Assembly: GCA_030704615.1 (NCBI GenBank)
Contig: CM060732.1
Span: forward strand, 248,001-312,000
DNA: 64,000 bases
Direction of reading: 5' to 3'
Origin: Takakia lepidozioides
Lineage: Eukaryota > Plantae > Bryophyta
In this document: piece by piece, positions 49,760 to 61,870 of the stretch
How the letters are laid out: each line of letters starts with the position of its first letter
Position numbering within the stretch: position 1 is the stretch's first letter
Position numbers and translations under genes: made by a program
The notes under the pieces: generated by a model
What the model was told of the DNA's origin: nothing
What the model saw: only the letters and a program-made list of their open reading frames with translations
The model's database searches: none

Positions 49760-51430
49760 AATACAAGAAAGTGATAGCCACCATAAGTGCTGTCCGAACA
49801 CCAACTGGTTATGGGTCATCCCTCCGTACGAAGTTCAGCAAAGAAGACGGGGTCCATGGTTTGAAGTCTCATGACTACCACAATCTATTGCAAGACATCT
49901 TGCCCATTGCAGTACGTGGGACATTGACTCCCAAGGTTTGTGAGACAATCTATAGATTGGGAGGCTTGTTCCGGTGGATTTGCTCCAAAGAGTTGGAAGA
50001 AGCAGATTTTCCAAGCATGAAGACGGAGGCGGCGGAGGTAATGTGTATGTTGGAGATGAACCTTCCTCCCTCCTTCTTTGACATCCAAGTGCACTTGGTA
50101 GTGCACTTAGTGGAAGAGGCTTCGATTGCCGGCCCCGTTCATTCTTGGTGGATGTACTTCCTTGAGCGTTATATGAAGACTTTGAAAGGATTTGTAAGAC
50201 AAATGGCGCACCCGGAGGGTAGCATGGCGGAGGGGTATACGTTGCAAGAAGCTATGTTCTATTGCACGGAGTACATGGCAAGGGTGGATGAGGAATCCCC
50301 TCGGATGTGGAAGGAAGAGGAGGATGCACGAACCAAAGACATCATTTTGCCCAAAAAATCGAAGAGGATAAAATTGCCGACCTTGGTGATTGAGCAAGCG
50401 CATGACTTCATACTGAATAACACCCCATCCATACATGAGTGGGAGGCAAGATACAATAATCTTGTTCAACAACGAGAGGAGGAGACGCTTGCATGGAGGC
50501 GGAACCATCCAAGGCCAGTTACTAGACGCCCACGACGAGGAGCGGGCCGCCGGAATGTTCCTTCACAAATTTGCCCATGGAATTGCAGCCTCCAAGTTCA
50601 TTCCAACAGTGGCTTTGGACTTCAGTTTATGACACCGTTGCTCAAGGAGAGGTGGTTTCAGATTTGGTGTAAGACATTGCAAGGGACCCCTCTCAATTCG
50701 CGACCTCATACACGACGGTTTGGGTTCACGGTCGTCATTTCCGCATTCGTGCTCTTGACATGAAGCGCAAAACAACCTTTGATTCTGGCTTGTGTGCCAC
50801 ATATTGGCAAGACTCCGTGTGGGGCAAGGGAGATACACGACCTGCTATGAGCAAATTTGAGTACATTGGAGAGCTTGAGAGCATACTCCAACTTTAGTAT
50901 ACAAGATACCGGTCTCTTCTCTTCAAGGGAAGGTGGTTCCAGCCACATCTTGTGGGGCCCTCCACAATACAAGTGCAAGATGATTGTGGTTTCATGCGCG
51001 TCAATGCAGATAGGCTCAACCCTACTCATCGTCCCTCCGATGAGCCTTTTTCACGGCCTTCAGACATTGAGCAAGTTTTCTTCTTCGATGACAAAACAAG
51101 AGGGGGGAATTGGAAGGTGGTTGTGCATGCTCAGCCAAGATGAAGACGTATCTATCATGGTCTCGGATCTCCATGGGGAGAGGCAATTGCGGTGGACGGA
51201 GAGACTGGTCATAATGATGCTGATGATGGAGGTTGAGTAGAGAGGGTAGAGGAGGATGATGACGCCCCGGACAATGCATCCTGGACCCTATATGATGAAG
51301 CTCTAGAAGATACGGATGTTGAAGAAAGAGACGAAGACACGGCCATTGACAACGAGATGGAGGATGATTCGGAGGTGCCTTTTGAGGGCTGGGCCATTTA
51401 TGATGACGACTCCGATGACCAAGAAGACTT
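49760..51430 (+). pseudogene. 5'-truncated second CACTA transposase (DUF4218/DUF4216-like) with acidic tail
   Basis: GLKSHDYH, LPPSFFDIQVH, WMYFLERYM, PEGSMAEGY, DEPFSRPSDIEQVFF, WKVV. Clearly diverged from 4080-6176. Confidence 0.92.
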
Positions 51431-51824
51431 GTAGCTTGATGAGGATGAAGAGGCTCCGGATGATGATGTTCAAGTTGATTAGACACAAAATCAAAGCTAC
51501 ATAACAATTCTCGCACCGAACTGGACCCATCCCTTCGATTGATTGTACATGTACATGCATATTGTACTTTACTTCTATGATTCATCAAATATGGCTGTGG
51601 CTGGTAGTCTTTCAAGAAATAAGGCAGAGGCAATGAATATGTTGGAGCAATACATACAGATGTGGTATCAAGAGAATTATCAAAATGAATGTCACAATCT
51701 ACAAGAAGGTCCACAACAACAAGCTAAACCATAAAGAAAAACAAACACCCTACCCCAGTACCATATGGAAAAAAAAAAAAACTAAGAACCCCCAAAGGCC
51801 CTAAACCTAAACCTAGAAAGCCCT

Positions 51825-52276
51825 GCCGTCGCCTCCTGCGACCCCCACGCGTCGCCAACTGTGACGCGTTTTCTGGGATTTATCAGGCCGGGGGTCGCAA
51901 ACGGCGACCGCCAACCATCGCCAACTACGACCTGTTTTTTTGAATGGATTTATGAGGCCGGGGGTCGCAAACGGCGACGGCCAGCCGGCGCAAACTGTGA
52001 CATGTTTCTTTGTTTTGAAAGAATAGGGCAGCCGGGCAGTTTGCGACGCCCGGCCGTCGCAGGGGTCTTTTGATCTTCATGCCACCATGCGACGGCCGGG
52101 TGTCGCAAGAAAGGGCTGCGATGAAAGAAATGACAAGAAATGGTTTTTTTTTCCGGCGTGCGACGACCGGCCATCGCCAGAAAGGGCTGCCTTCTGCCCC
52201 TCGCTGGGGGCGACGCTTAGGCGTCGCACGGAAGGGCTGTCATTTTCCCTTCATCACTCCGTGCGACGGCCTAGTG
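51825..52276. repeat. GTCGCA/TGCGAC subterminal repeats ending in a candidate CACTA terminus (TAGTG)
   Basis: About 10 GTCGC/GCGAC motifs; reverse complement of the end reads CACTAGGCCGTCGCAC. No partner end found. Confidence 0.5.
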
Positions 52277-52295
52277 GCCTATACCTCTCTAGGAA

Positions 52296-52620
52296 AGTGT
52301 CCTTGGCAAGGCCATCCAGCTATCACCAAGTCAATGGCACCATGCCGGTCCAAATCATCCGCCCCCAGCAAGGTAATGTCTGCTGGCAAGGCCTTTTGAT
52401 ACCCTTGAATTGCTGAGAAAGGCAACAACTCTGGATACCGGTGTGTGAGCAAGGCGATGTGACGCATAGAAATACGCCGAGCTATCTCATCCTTCTCCAC
52501 ATACAAGTACTTGCTTACTTTAATCCCTGCTTACAACACTCCTGCAAGCCCAGTGCTCATGCCTCCAAACATGTCTAGCAAACAAATCCCTGAGTCAAGT
52601 GGTTGCCAGGTAATGGGCAT
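52296..52620 (-). pseudogene. C5-cytosine DNA methyltransferase domain (motifs I-IV), truncated, within a retrotransposon polyprotein
   Basis: ICLLDMFGGMSTG (I), YLYVEKD (II), ADIT (III), IDLVIAGWPCQGH (IV, catalytic PC). One TAA stop. Confidence 0.92.
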
Positions 52621-55090
52621 TGTGCCCAAATGAGCTAACTGAGGAGGTCCGGGTGATGTCACTGAACTCCCCTCACTCACCAATGGATAGGCCTCCTACC
52701 ATGCTTGGTGCACACACTCGCCTGCTACTCGATGCAAATTCCCAACTGTACCCCACAGTAAAGATGTTTGAATTTGGAAAGGGTAAGGCTCCAAATCCGC
52801 CTCTGTAAGGCCCAAGCCTGCAATTGCTGCTCTCCCCAACATCAATGGCTGTGCTCCCGAGTCCAACAAGATCCGCAATGACCTATACCTCCTCCCGGTT
52901 GGGCCATCCAATTGAAACACTCCATCCTGATTGTCCACCAGGACTACCCCATGAGTCACCATGCTGCGCTCAATGGCTGGCCTAGCTGGCAACTCCTGCA
53001 ACCTTGCAGCTGCCGCTTGCCATGGTGCAGTTGTGGCTGACTTCACCCTTGAATCCAAAGCATCCATAGACTGCACCTTATCTGCTATCTCCGCAGATAT
53101 TGCCGATGCATCACCACTCTCACAGAGTCTAGCTACTAGTCTGAACACAGCAACTGGCCAAATCCCCGGCATTGCAATGGTCATTGCAGAAAATAATGGA
53201 GCTTGGCAAACCGCCGTAGCCGCCCCCAACAATGTACTGGCTGCACCTTTCTTTGCATCACCACCCACTGGCATTTCCCGAGCCATGCCAACTCTCCCCA
53301 ATGACACTCGTGGCTCTACCTCTGACACACTTGGACGAGCGGGTGTCATTGATGGTGTAGGTGGCACTGTCTCAGCCAATGTAAAGGACTGTTGAAGCCT
53401 TGTCTGACGACTTGTTTCCCCCCTTTGTGGATCAAAATCCACATCCGCTCCTCTTGGCTCAAGAGCACGCATTGCTGCTCGAGTGACAGCAGCAGTAGAG
53501 TCCAATACATGCAATGGCCCTGCAAGTGCGGCTCCACACATGAAGCCCATACCAATCTGATCTTCCCTAGGCATAGGAGGTTGTGCAAGTGGGGCTTGAA
53601 CCTCAATCCTTGGAGTTGGCGCAACATGAGTAGTGGACATGGCAGCAAGACGTTGCTCTAGCTGGGCAAGTCTATCCACCATGCCTTGGTCATGACCTTG
53701 ACCCTGAACCTATGCTCCTTGGTTTTGGTTATGACCTCCACCCCGACCTCTGCCTCCTCTACCTCTCTGGACTACATTGCCTCGTCCTCTGCCACCATTA
53801 TTCCATTGGAACTGGCCTGGCCGTAGCTCATGATGCAAGCCATAACAATGGGCCTCCTCATGCCCATACTTTCCACAATGCCCACACTGTAGTTGTGTAG
53901 GCTGTGCCTATGCCGGCCCTTTGCCTCTCTCCGGGCAATCCTTCTTGACATGGGGTCCTCCACAATCCCAACAAGTCACACCCGACTGTTGTTGGCCTGA
54001 GAATGAAAGAAGAGACCTCTGCATCTGAGATCCTCTCTGTCCTTCCCTCGGCTTCACCTGAGCCCCTTTGTTGCCTTGAACACGTTGGGATAGTGGTTAT
54101 TGTTGGCTAGGAGCCCCACTTCGTGTTGTCTCCTTGCCAAACCCCACCATAACCACTCGCTCCTCCACCATATTGAGCTCTATCCGCTTTGCCAGCAAAA
54201 ACACATTTGCTAAGGTGGGTTGGTCCACTTGTAGGAGAGTTGCATCCCGCACCCTTCTCCTCAGCTCCTTGTCCAGGATCCCATACCAGAACTGGACTGC
54301 CTGAGCTTCTCTAACCCCTTGGGTGACGTTTATGAAGCGCCTCATGCGAGTGTAAACCTCCCTCAAACTCTCAGTAGACCTTCGTTGGAACTCTTGCAAA
54401 CTCCGCAAATTCTCTGTCCTTATCCCTTGGTAGTTTCTCCTCAACTCCTCAAAGAACTCCACAACTGGGTTAAAGGCAGACACAGGTGCTGGTGCTATAG
54501 CAGGAGCTTGAGTGGATTTCCCAACTCCTGTACCACTTGTCCCACTACTAGTGCTTGCAGTTGGAGATGTTTGTGTAGCTGCTGGTATCGCTGCTGCCCT
54601 TGTGCCTCTAGTGATGGAGACATAGTTAGGTGACCAATACTCTTGCCACTCCTCAATCTCCACCGCATGTCCCCGCCTAAATTCATGGTAATCATCCATG
54701 GGCGGCCCCTCAAGGTGCTAGAATAGCCCTTTCCACGCCATAAAGGGCGTAAACAGTTGTGGATTGCGCATCCGTTGCAAATCACACCAACTGTCAAACT
54801 CTTGTATGAAGTCATCAAGCTCGATGGTGCCCACAGCTCCAGAGTACCTACGTGGCCCCTTGGTAGCTCCATACATCTCCTCCATCGTGTCCACAACAAG
54901 GCACGGAAATGACTTGCACCCTCGGCGAGAATCCTCCTGACTCCGAGTCTGAACCTTCCTCAGAAGACACTGAAGGTGAAGGTGGCCTAAACCACACACC
55001 TCGTCTTGTGTACCCACTAGTATCACTGGTGCTCGTACCGGCGCTCCCCTCAGCAACTAGTGGCACCTCCATGATGAAAACTCACAACTC
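52620..55090 (-). pseudogene. Gypsy-type gag (capsid + CCHC) and aspartic protease of the DNMT-carrying retrotransposon
   Basis: RYSG...LDDFIQEFDSW...HLEG, FQRRSTESLREVYTRM, CGHCGKYGHEEAHC (~53845-53887), RILLDSGAQ (~52850-52875). LTR not identified. Confidence 0.88.
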
Positions 55091-55789
55091 AACCGGTTGT
55101 CAACCTGTCTCTAATCCCCACTTTCCACAAAGGTAACCGGGTAGAGAACCTGTTGCGGCTAGTGGTTCAAACAGGAATAATAGGTTTCTAATGTAGATCT
55201 GTACCTGCACCTGCATCCACCGCAAGCACTCCTATGGTCTGCTGGTCATCAACCCAGCCTCACCACCGACAACATACTCTAGGATTGGCCGATGATCAAA
55301 TCCGGACCAACCTCCTTTGAAAACAAGCGCCCACACAAAGCTAACATGGCGCACAATCAAGCATGCAGGTGTGGAGAGGATCCAAACACAAGAAAATCAA
55401 GACAACAACTCCCCACACCAAAAACACTCCACAGTGTTTGCTCCTGCAAGGACACCCCAGCCCAAACCCGGATGACTCTTGCCTCCACCTACGGAAAGGT
55501 TTTGGGCTACAGAGAGGGTGAAAGACTACAAAGAAGAGAGACTAAAGCAACTCCTAATCCCAACATGCTCTCATCCCACTACCCTATATCCACACTCTCT
55601 TGCTGGTCTCTCAAATAACTCTTCAGGAGCCCTCAAGATGTCTCTCAAACAATCTCACTAAGGCTCCCAATCCTTACACAATGGGATTCCAAAACAGTAC
55701 ACCAAGGCCCCAAGAGCCTGCCAAAACTTGGCCCTCGAGGACCCCAAATAGTCCCTCACACAAGTCACCAAAGACTCCTCAAGCTCGCC

Positions 55790-55935
55790 AAATATTGGCC
55801 TCCAAGGACCCCAAAATAGTCCTCCAAATGGTCCTCCAAGGACCCCAAACAGTCCTCCAACGACTCCCAATAGTCCTCCAAATGATACTCCAAGGGCCCT
55901 CAAATATCTTCCAAACAATCCTCCAAAGGCCCTTA
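55790..55935. repeat. Degenerate short tandem repeat (GTCCTCCAA core)
   Basis: About 7 recurrences upstream of gag. Confidence 0.7.
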
Positions 55936-56105
55936 AATTTCACTAAGTGCAAGTCCTTGACTTCTATGCTTCTACTCAAGCAAAAATATGGTTTCTAGGT
56001 GGTCATAAGAGGCATCTTCTTGCTCTCTTCCACCCCAATGTGCAACCAAGAGTGGTCCAACTCAACTAGCAAGTCATTGTCCACCAAATCAATCCCCCTT
56101 GTAGT

Positions 56106-56250
56106 CCTGGGGGGGCTGATATTTCATGAGCCATGGGCCATGAACGGCATGAGCCATGAGCAGAGTCGTAAGTGTCGAAAAAAACATGAGCAGGACTATT
56201 TTCCGGAAATGAGTGTCCGCGGGAATAGGGTTTAGGGTGTCACGGTCATA
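56106..56250 (+). mobile_element. Putative transposon terminus (CATGAGC type)
   Basis: CCTGGGGGGGCTGATATTTCATGAGCC...CATGAGC...GGAATAGGGTTTAGG. Confidence 0.65.
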
Positions 56251-56439
56251 GGGGGAGAAGGACCTCCCGATGAAGAAGGGTTGACAATGTTTTTTAGAAT
56301 TACATGGAACGATGGATACAGAATAGAACAAAAGAGGGCACAATGGGGTTTTTATTGATCCACATGAATTGCATTTGAAGCACGTCTAGTCTGCTGGTGG
56401 TGCAAACAAATCTTTAGCCCTGTGCCTTCTGAATACAAG

Positions 56440-57174
56440 TCACGTTGTCAATGGGACTTCGACTACTCTGAAAACTAGCTCATGAGTCATCGGGCTCCTC
56501 CAAGTAAACTGGATTGGAGCCGTTGTACCGCCCCTGTTGATGTTCACCACAATGTCGTGCCCTTCAATCATACCACCATCGAATATGGAAAGCTTTACGT
56601 TTTCGTCGTCCACACCAATGCGAATGTCCCCATACAATGGAGAAGAGGAGCGCACTCCTTCAGGAGTATACGTCTCTCTGATGGAGTCCACCCACTTCCA
56701 CTGGCAGCAGTTCCACCGCAACAGCATAGCAGTGCGCATTCTTCTGCATGGGTGCCCGTCGTAGCTGGGAAAATCGGAATCAAGGATACGCAGGAGCCAC
56801 GGACTCCTCGGACCAAGATCGTCACCCCGCTCGAAGGCGTAATGGCCTGGGATATACTCAAAAGCGGACAATGTTTCCACATTCGAACCACTATCTTCTG
56901 TATAAACTGTGTGCCAGATAACGATGTCTCCCGATGTGGCCGAATACATTGCATAATCAAAGCCTCCATAAGGGCAGTCATCCCGGTTCTGGAAGCACGA
57001 CATCCTTGCAAAGGAGGTCCTGAGGACGTCTTTGATGCCGATGACAATGACCTTGCGGACAACAACGAAGCCCTTTGATTTTTGAAATGATGAGAGCGGA
57101 AGAGCAGTGGGGCTCCAATAATGGAGCATCTGGGTCCCACGTACCCACCAATCATCGTGTAACGTGTTCATCAT
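56440..57174 (-). CDS. Unknown ORF family (RWNxCxW / GGxIxGHDIVV), open copy
   Basis: Open 244 codons; colinear with 57558-58136 (DIVIW/DIIVW, FEY/MEY, PWLLRI/PWVLKI, RWNCCQW/RWNYCQW, YGDIR, GHDIVV, QFTWR, EVP). Confidence 0.7.
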   Translation of the reverse strand: MMNTLHDDWWVRGTQMLHYWSPTALPLSSFQKSKGFVVVRKVIVIGIKDVLRTSFARMSCFQNRDDCPYGGFDYAMYSATSGDIVIWHTVYTEDSGSNVETLSAFEYIPGHYAFERGDDLGPRSPWLLRILDSDFPSYDGHPCRRMRTAMLLRWNCCQWKWVDSIRETYTPEGVRSSSPLYGDIRIGVDDENVKLSIFDGGMIEGHDIVVNINRGGTTAPIQFTWRSPMTHELVFRVVEVPLTT

Positions 57175-57557
57175 GCCAGCGGTGGATGAACCGATACCTC
57201 TTTCTCATCCATAGGGAATAGTTTGAAATCTGCCACCGAAGTCCATCCCCCGGATGGAAATTCGGCGCAGCATTTACATCAAAGGGGGGATGGACTTCGT
57301 CGTCTCGAGTGGCTATAGGCCCACCTGGCACTTACTGCCCATAGTTTGCATGGCACGGAAGGAAACTGAAATGGCTACATTCATGGAGCAGCCAATCTTC
57401 ATCCGTGCATGTTCCTGTAGGGGGGGAATTTAAATGTGCCCTGGAGTGTTAGTGAGGAATTGCAGCGTTTGCTTAAACTTCTTCCAGCCACCGCGCTGCT
57501 GCCTCCTACATCCGGGAGCTGCTGTCATTGAGCGTACTCCGCTAATCTTTTGCAAGG

Positions 57558-58136
57558 ATGTCGTGCCGCCGCAATCCTGCTGACTGCCCTTATCATGGCC
57601 ATTATTATACGATGTTCAAACCAGAATCAAGAGACATCATTGTGTGGCTCTATGTTTTCACTGACGCTTCTGGAATCAAGCGGCAGTCTTTGCGCGCAAT
57701 GGAGTATTTGGAGGGCTATAATTGCTTTGAGCGAGGTGAGGGCGAGGGTCAATGCGGTCCGTGGGTCCTGAAAATTGTTAACCTCGATATACCAAGCTGG
57801 AATGGGATGCCGGACAGATCACACACGGCCTCGCTTTGGCGCTGGAACTACTGCCAGTGGACCGGGGAGGACGACACCGGGGAAAACTATATTCGTGGAG
57901 TTCACTCCGCTCTTCCAGTGTATGGAGACATTCGGCTGAGTTGCGAAGACGAATCGCACGGGCACACGAGGCCCACAATGACCTTGTCAATGTATGATGG
58001 TGGTATCATTGATGGGCATGACATTGTCGTCAGCTCCACCAAGGGCACCAGAACGACTGCATTGCAGTTTACCTGGAGGTGCCGCGTCAGTAGTGAGCTT
58101 GTTTTGAGGGATATCGAAGTTCCGTCGACTTGGTGA
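57558..58136 (+). CDS. Unknown ~192-aa ORF family, open copy
   Basis: ATG-initiated open frame; a diverged paralog of the adjacent inverted ORF and of 19520-20107. Confidence 0.72.
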   Translation: MSCRRNPADCPYHGHYYTMFKPESRDIIVWLYVFTDASGIKRQSLRAMEYLEGYNCFERGEGEGQCGPWVLKIVNLDIPSWNGMPDRSHTASLWRWNYCQWTGEDDTGENYIRGVHSALPVYGDIRLSCEDESHGHTRPTMTLSMYDGGIIDGHDIVVSSTKGTRTTALQFTWRCRVSSELVLRDIEVPSTW

Positions 58137-58409
58137 TGCCCATGTAGAAGGCAAAAGGGCTTAGATTTGTCTAGAGTTGCTAAATGTGAGACACCGTGTT
58201 CAATCATAAACAAACCCATTGTCCCTCACTTCAATGTGTTGTGTTTTATTGTGTTCAAGAACTGCTGTAATTGGCCCACTGTTTACAATTTGTGGTCTCA
58301 TTTCTATAATGTGTCTGTCCACATGAATATACCAGAGTCAGCGATATCAGAGTCCTGAGGTGAAGGAAATCCTTGTATGAGTAAAAGGAAACATCTACAT
58401 GCCCAAGCT

Positions 58410-58990
58410 CAGAAATACGGCACCGCGTTTCATTTTTCTCCATGCAGCGATTTCTGGCAGCTCCCTTTCCTCCGTTGTGGTCGTAACGGAAATGTGGTAC
58501 CGCATTTCATTTCTTGACATGGCATTTCCATACTTCGAATTCCTAATGCGGCACCGCATTTCCATATTGGACCTTGAATTGTCCAAGCATGTCCAATCGC
58601 CAATGCATGTCCATGTCCGTTCTAGAAATGCGGCACCGCATTTCCATGTCAGTCATCAAAATTTCGTATTGGACAATGGAATGCAGCACCGCATTTCCGT
58701 CCAGCACGATGGAATGCGGTGCCGCATTTTTGTCGAAGGGTCTGGAATTGGACAAACAAGGATGTCCGTTCTGGAAATGTGGCACCGCATTTCCATGTCC
58801 GCCATGGGAATAACGTGTTCGACCTCCGAATGCGGTGTCGCATTTCCATTGACCTCCATGGAAGGAGCTTGCAATCGGCAAAACTTCCGTGTCGAAAACG
58901 GAAATGCGGCACCGCATTTCTATTCGGCCGAACTATTTCGGAAACATTGTTCTTGCCCCGGTTTTGGAAATGCGGTGCCGCATTTCCGGT
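58410..58990. repeat. Array of GAAATGCGGCACCGCATTTC palindromes with unique spacers
   Basis: About 10 copies, irregular spacing of 30-90 bp, both orientations. Confidence 0.88.
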
Positions 58991-59116
58991 TTTGGGAAGG
59001 ACGTGGTTTGGAAGATGGTGTCGTTTAGAAGCACATTGGAGAGGGGACATCGCGGAGAGAATTTCCTTTATATACTCTAGAAGAGAATGTAAATGTACAG
59101 AGAGTTAATTAAAAAT

Positions 59117-59494
59117 CTACAAATCTTGAAAATCATCACTATCGTCATCATGTCCTTGATTGTCCTGCTCCCCTTCCACCCCGTCATTGCCTTTCTCATG
59201 TCCAGCGGACTGCTCGTTGGCCAGACTTTTCAAAATCTCATCTTCTCCTTGCGGAACTGACCATCTCACCTCCGTTGGGTCGTCGTCCTCCCTGTCTGCA
59301 ACGCTCTCTTCCGCTGAATCACATATATACTTTCGCACCCGTCTACATGTCTCAGCTGCTGCTAACTCTTTCCTTATCCTTCTGTCCTCCCTAGCCCTCT
59401 CCAAAATCAGCTCTACTTTATTGGGATTCTCACATCGTCTAATCGCTGTATTTGCAAGTTTAGCTGCATAACTAGGAAGGGAGTAGTCCTTCAC
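59117..59494 (-). pseudogene. C-terminal tail of MTase-like gene, copy 4 (near-identical to copy 1, uninterrupted)
   Basis: KDYSLPSYAAKLANTAIRRCENP...RVRKYICDSAEES. DNA matches 16758-16915 plus 2978-3007. Confidence 0.9.
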
Positions 59495-59950
59495 CGGGGA
59501 GGTTTACTATTTCATGAGCGCATGAGCGCATGAGCCCATGAGCCTATGAGCTCATGAGCGGACATTCGCGGAATTGGAATTTTCCTGCCTTTATTGACGG
59601 TGTTATGTCCTCTTACCTCGGTAATAGGGTCTGTTTCTCCTGGTCCAGGATGCGGAATGAGGTATTTTGGCGTCGTTATTCCCAAGAGCAGTGTGCTAAA
59701 ATGGTGTTTTGAAGACATCCACCGGGGTATTTTGGCACCGAAATTACCTCTTAGAATGTGATATAGTGCGGTATTTAATGGCGCAGAACGGGCTATTTGG
59801 GCGCCGAAATACCCAAGTGGAATGTGCTGAAGTGCCTTGTGCTGAAGGCTTCCATCGCGATATTTTGGTACAGTAATTCATCCGTGGAATTTTTGAGGCC
59901 CATATAACGAAGGCGCGCATTGGGCTATTTCGGCGCCAAATTTCCCAATA
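59494..59950 (+). mobile_element. Putative transposon terminus (CATGAGC type) plus GGCGCC palindromes
   Basis: CCGGGGAGGTTTACTATTTCATGAGCGCATGAGC... starts exactly where copy 4 is truncated. Confidence 0.68.
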
Positions 59951-60190
59951 GGAATGTTAGAAACGGCAGGGTTTTCATGGCTTCAAGTTCTCGGCTCGAT
60001 GGTGTGCATAAATTACTTGTAGGGTTCTTCACTGAAGTTTGCGTCTCTTCTGCTTTTATTATACATTTTGGTTGGCAGAAGAAATGTAGGGAATTGGACA
60101 AGCAGTCTGAACACAATGATTTTTCAAATCGTCAATATTTTCATTAAGTGTTTCAGAACTGTACAACAAAAGGATCCAAATGAGACTTTG

Positions 60191-61870
60191 CTATGGTGAG
60201 GATCCGCTATCACTGTCCGATGCATCCCCGGCCTCATGCAAGGATGGCTGCCTTCCACCTGCCTCCGAACCTGCACTGCCGCTACCGCTGTTACTCTGAG
60301 AAGCCCTCCCCTCAAAAATACCATCCTCACCAGCCGGAACTGTCCACCTGGGTGCGGAAGTGTCCTCAACATTCCCCTCGCTCTCGGACGCGGATTCTAT
60401 TACGAACTTCCCTACTCTGCCTTTCACAATTCTATGTTTGGCCTCACGCCTCATTATAATTCTCTGCTCATTCCCGTATGTCAATTGCTCTAACCGAGTA
60501 GGCCTATCCTCCCTCCTGATGGCTTCTCTGGCAGCCGTGTCTGCATAGGCTGGTAGAAAAAAAGGCTTATGGGGACTCGCGAGAAACGATTTTCTGGCAA
60601 AGAATGGCCGATGCGATTCTGTCTCCTCCTCTGCAACAGGGTCCGATTCGGGCAAGTCTCCCAGCTTCTCCTCGTCGGACGACTCTGCAAGGCTGAGTGT
60701 ACGCACAAACATAGAATGAAGTACATTAGAGAATTCAAACAGGGAATCATCGGCAGGTTGCGTGGTCCCTACAACCGAAACCAATACACTTACTATGGTG
60801 CAACTCACTCGAAGACAGGCATTGGGGGAAGCGGCTTCGGGCGCCCCTGCATCGAACGAATTTCCTGGACTTCCTCCTCTTCATCTTCCTCCTCCCCTTC
60901 CACGTCATCTTCTGCGTTTTTGGGATCCTCAGTCGGAGGCAAACGCTGAAGGCCCGCCAAATTGTAATCGTACAAGGCCGTATCCCCCTCAAATGAGAAC
61001 ACAAATCGGTTCGACGTCCTTCCCGCCCACATACAGGCACCTGCAAATTCATACGACACAACCACAACCAAACTCAAGAATGAGTTGCTTCCTCGCACAA
61101 GCAAACATACACAAACGGAAATGGTGTCAATTTTGGTGCCGCATTCAATTAACGTTCTCACCTGTATTTGCAGTGATGTTGAGGACCCTGCCTTCAACAT
61201 CCGTACATGTTTCCATGAGCGTCTGGGATGAATGCAGGACTCCTGGTCCTGCCATACCTCCATGGCTTGCCCGACAAATCACAAAGAATGTCCTTCTCTC
61301 CCACATGGTTGAACAGGACGTTATACTCCAGTGGAATCAACAAGTCTTCTTGTTTCACGTAATTTGAATTTCTAATGTTTCTTCACGAAGCAAAATGCCT
61401 GAAAGATAAGAGTCTGCAGAGAAGGAAATGTCCTGGAGGTTTTGCTCCTCCGCAAGCTCCAGCAGGTTCTGATCGTCGCCAAGTCGTACCACGTTGTCGT
61501 CCTCTCCTTCTGTCAGCTCAATGGGCCGCCATTCTGCAGATCCAACTCCCACATCTCCAGCGGCCTCCACCGCATCCGTGTTTTTTGAAATTGACTGCAA
61601 ACCCAATATCTCCGCTTCCAGTCTCCCTAGGGGTTTTACTGGCGAAGCCATGGGCTCCTTCTGCTTCCTCGACTTCCGAACTCTAGGTGGGCTTTTCTGA
61701 GGCGATATCTGAGGTGTTGAATGAGGACTCGCCTGCCTCGATGCACTTCCACCTTGCGAGCGCAGCACCCGGGCAGGAGTATCCAAAGTTGACTGTGTTG
61801 CTTCGCCCCCTTGCGATCCCTCCCCAGCTCCCATGTCAAACAAACAGGAAAACATGAGACACTGCACGCA
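60191..61870 (-). pseudogene. MTase-like gene, copy 2 (SAM-binding half and tail; motif IV region not seen)
   Basis: EYNVLFNH...PWRYGRTRSPAFI/QTLMETCTDVEGRVLNITANTG (intron at the same position as copy 1, ~61041-61161) ACMWAGRTSNRFVFSFEGD...RPFFARKSF...KFVIESASES...RWTVP. Confidence 0.78.

Noticed and set aside
51799-51816. CCCTAAACCTAAACCTAG telomere-like motif
   Set aside because: Only about 2 degenerate units; common in TE subtermini and promoters.
52258-52292. Helitron 3' end (hairpin + CTAG)
   Set aside because: Hairpin is short, spacing atypical and no Rep/helicase nearby; a CACTA TAGTG end fits at least as well.
55250-56100. 5' LTR/PBS of the DNMT retrotransposon
   Set aside because: No second LTR copy or canonical PBS visible; boundaries cannot be set.
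58410-58990. CRISPR-like look (palindromic repeats with unique spacers)
   Set aside because: Irregular spacing, mixed orientation, degenerate repeats, no cas genes, eukaryotic context.
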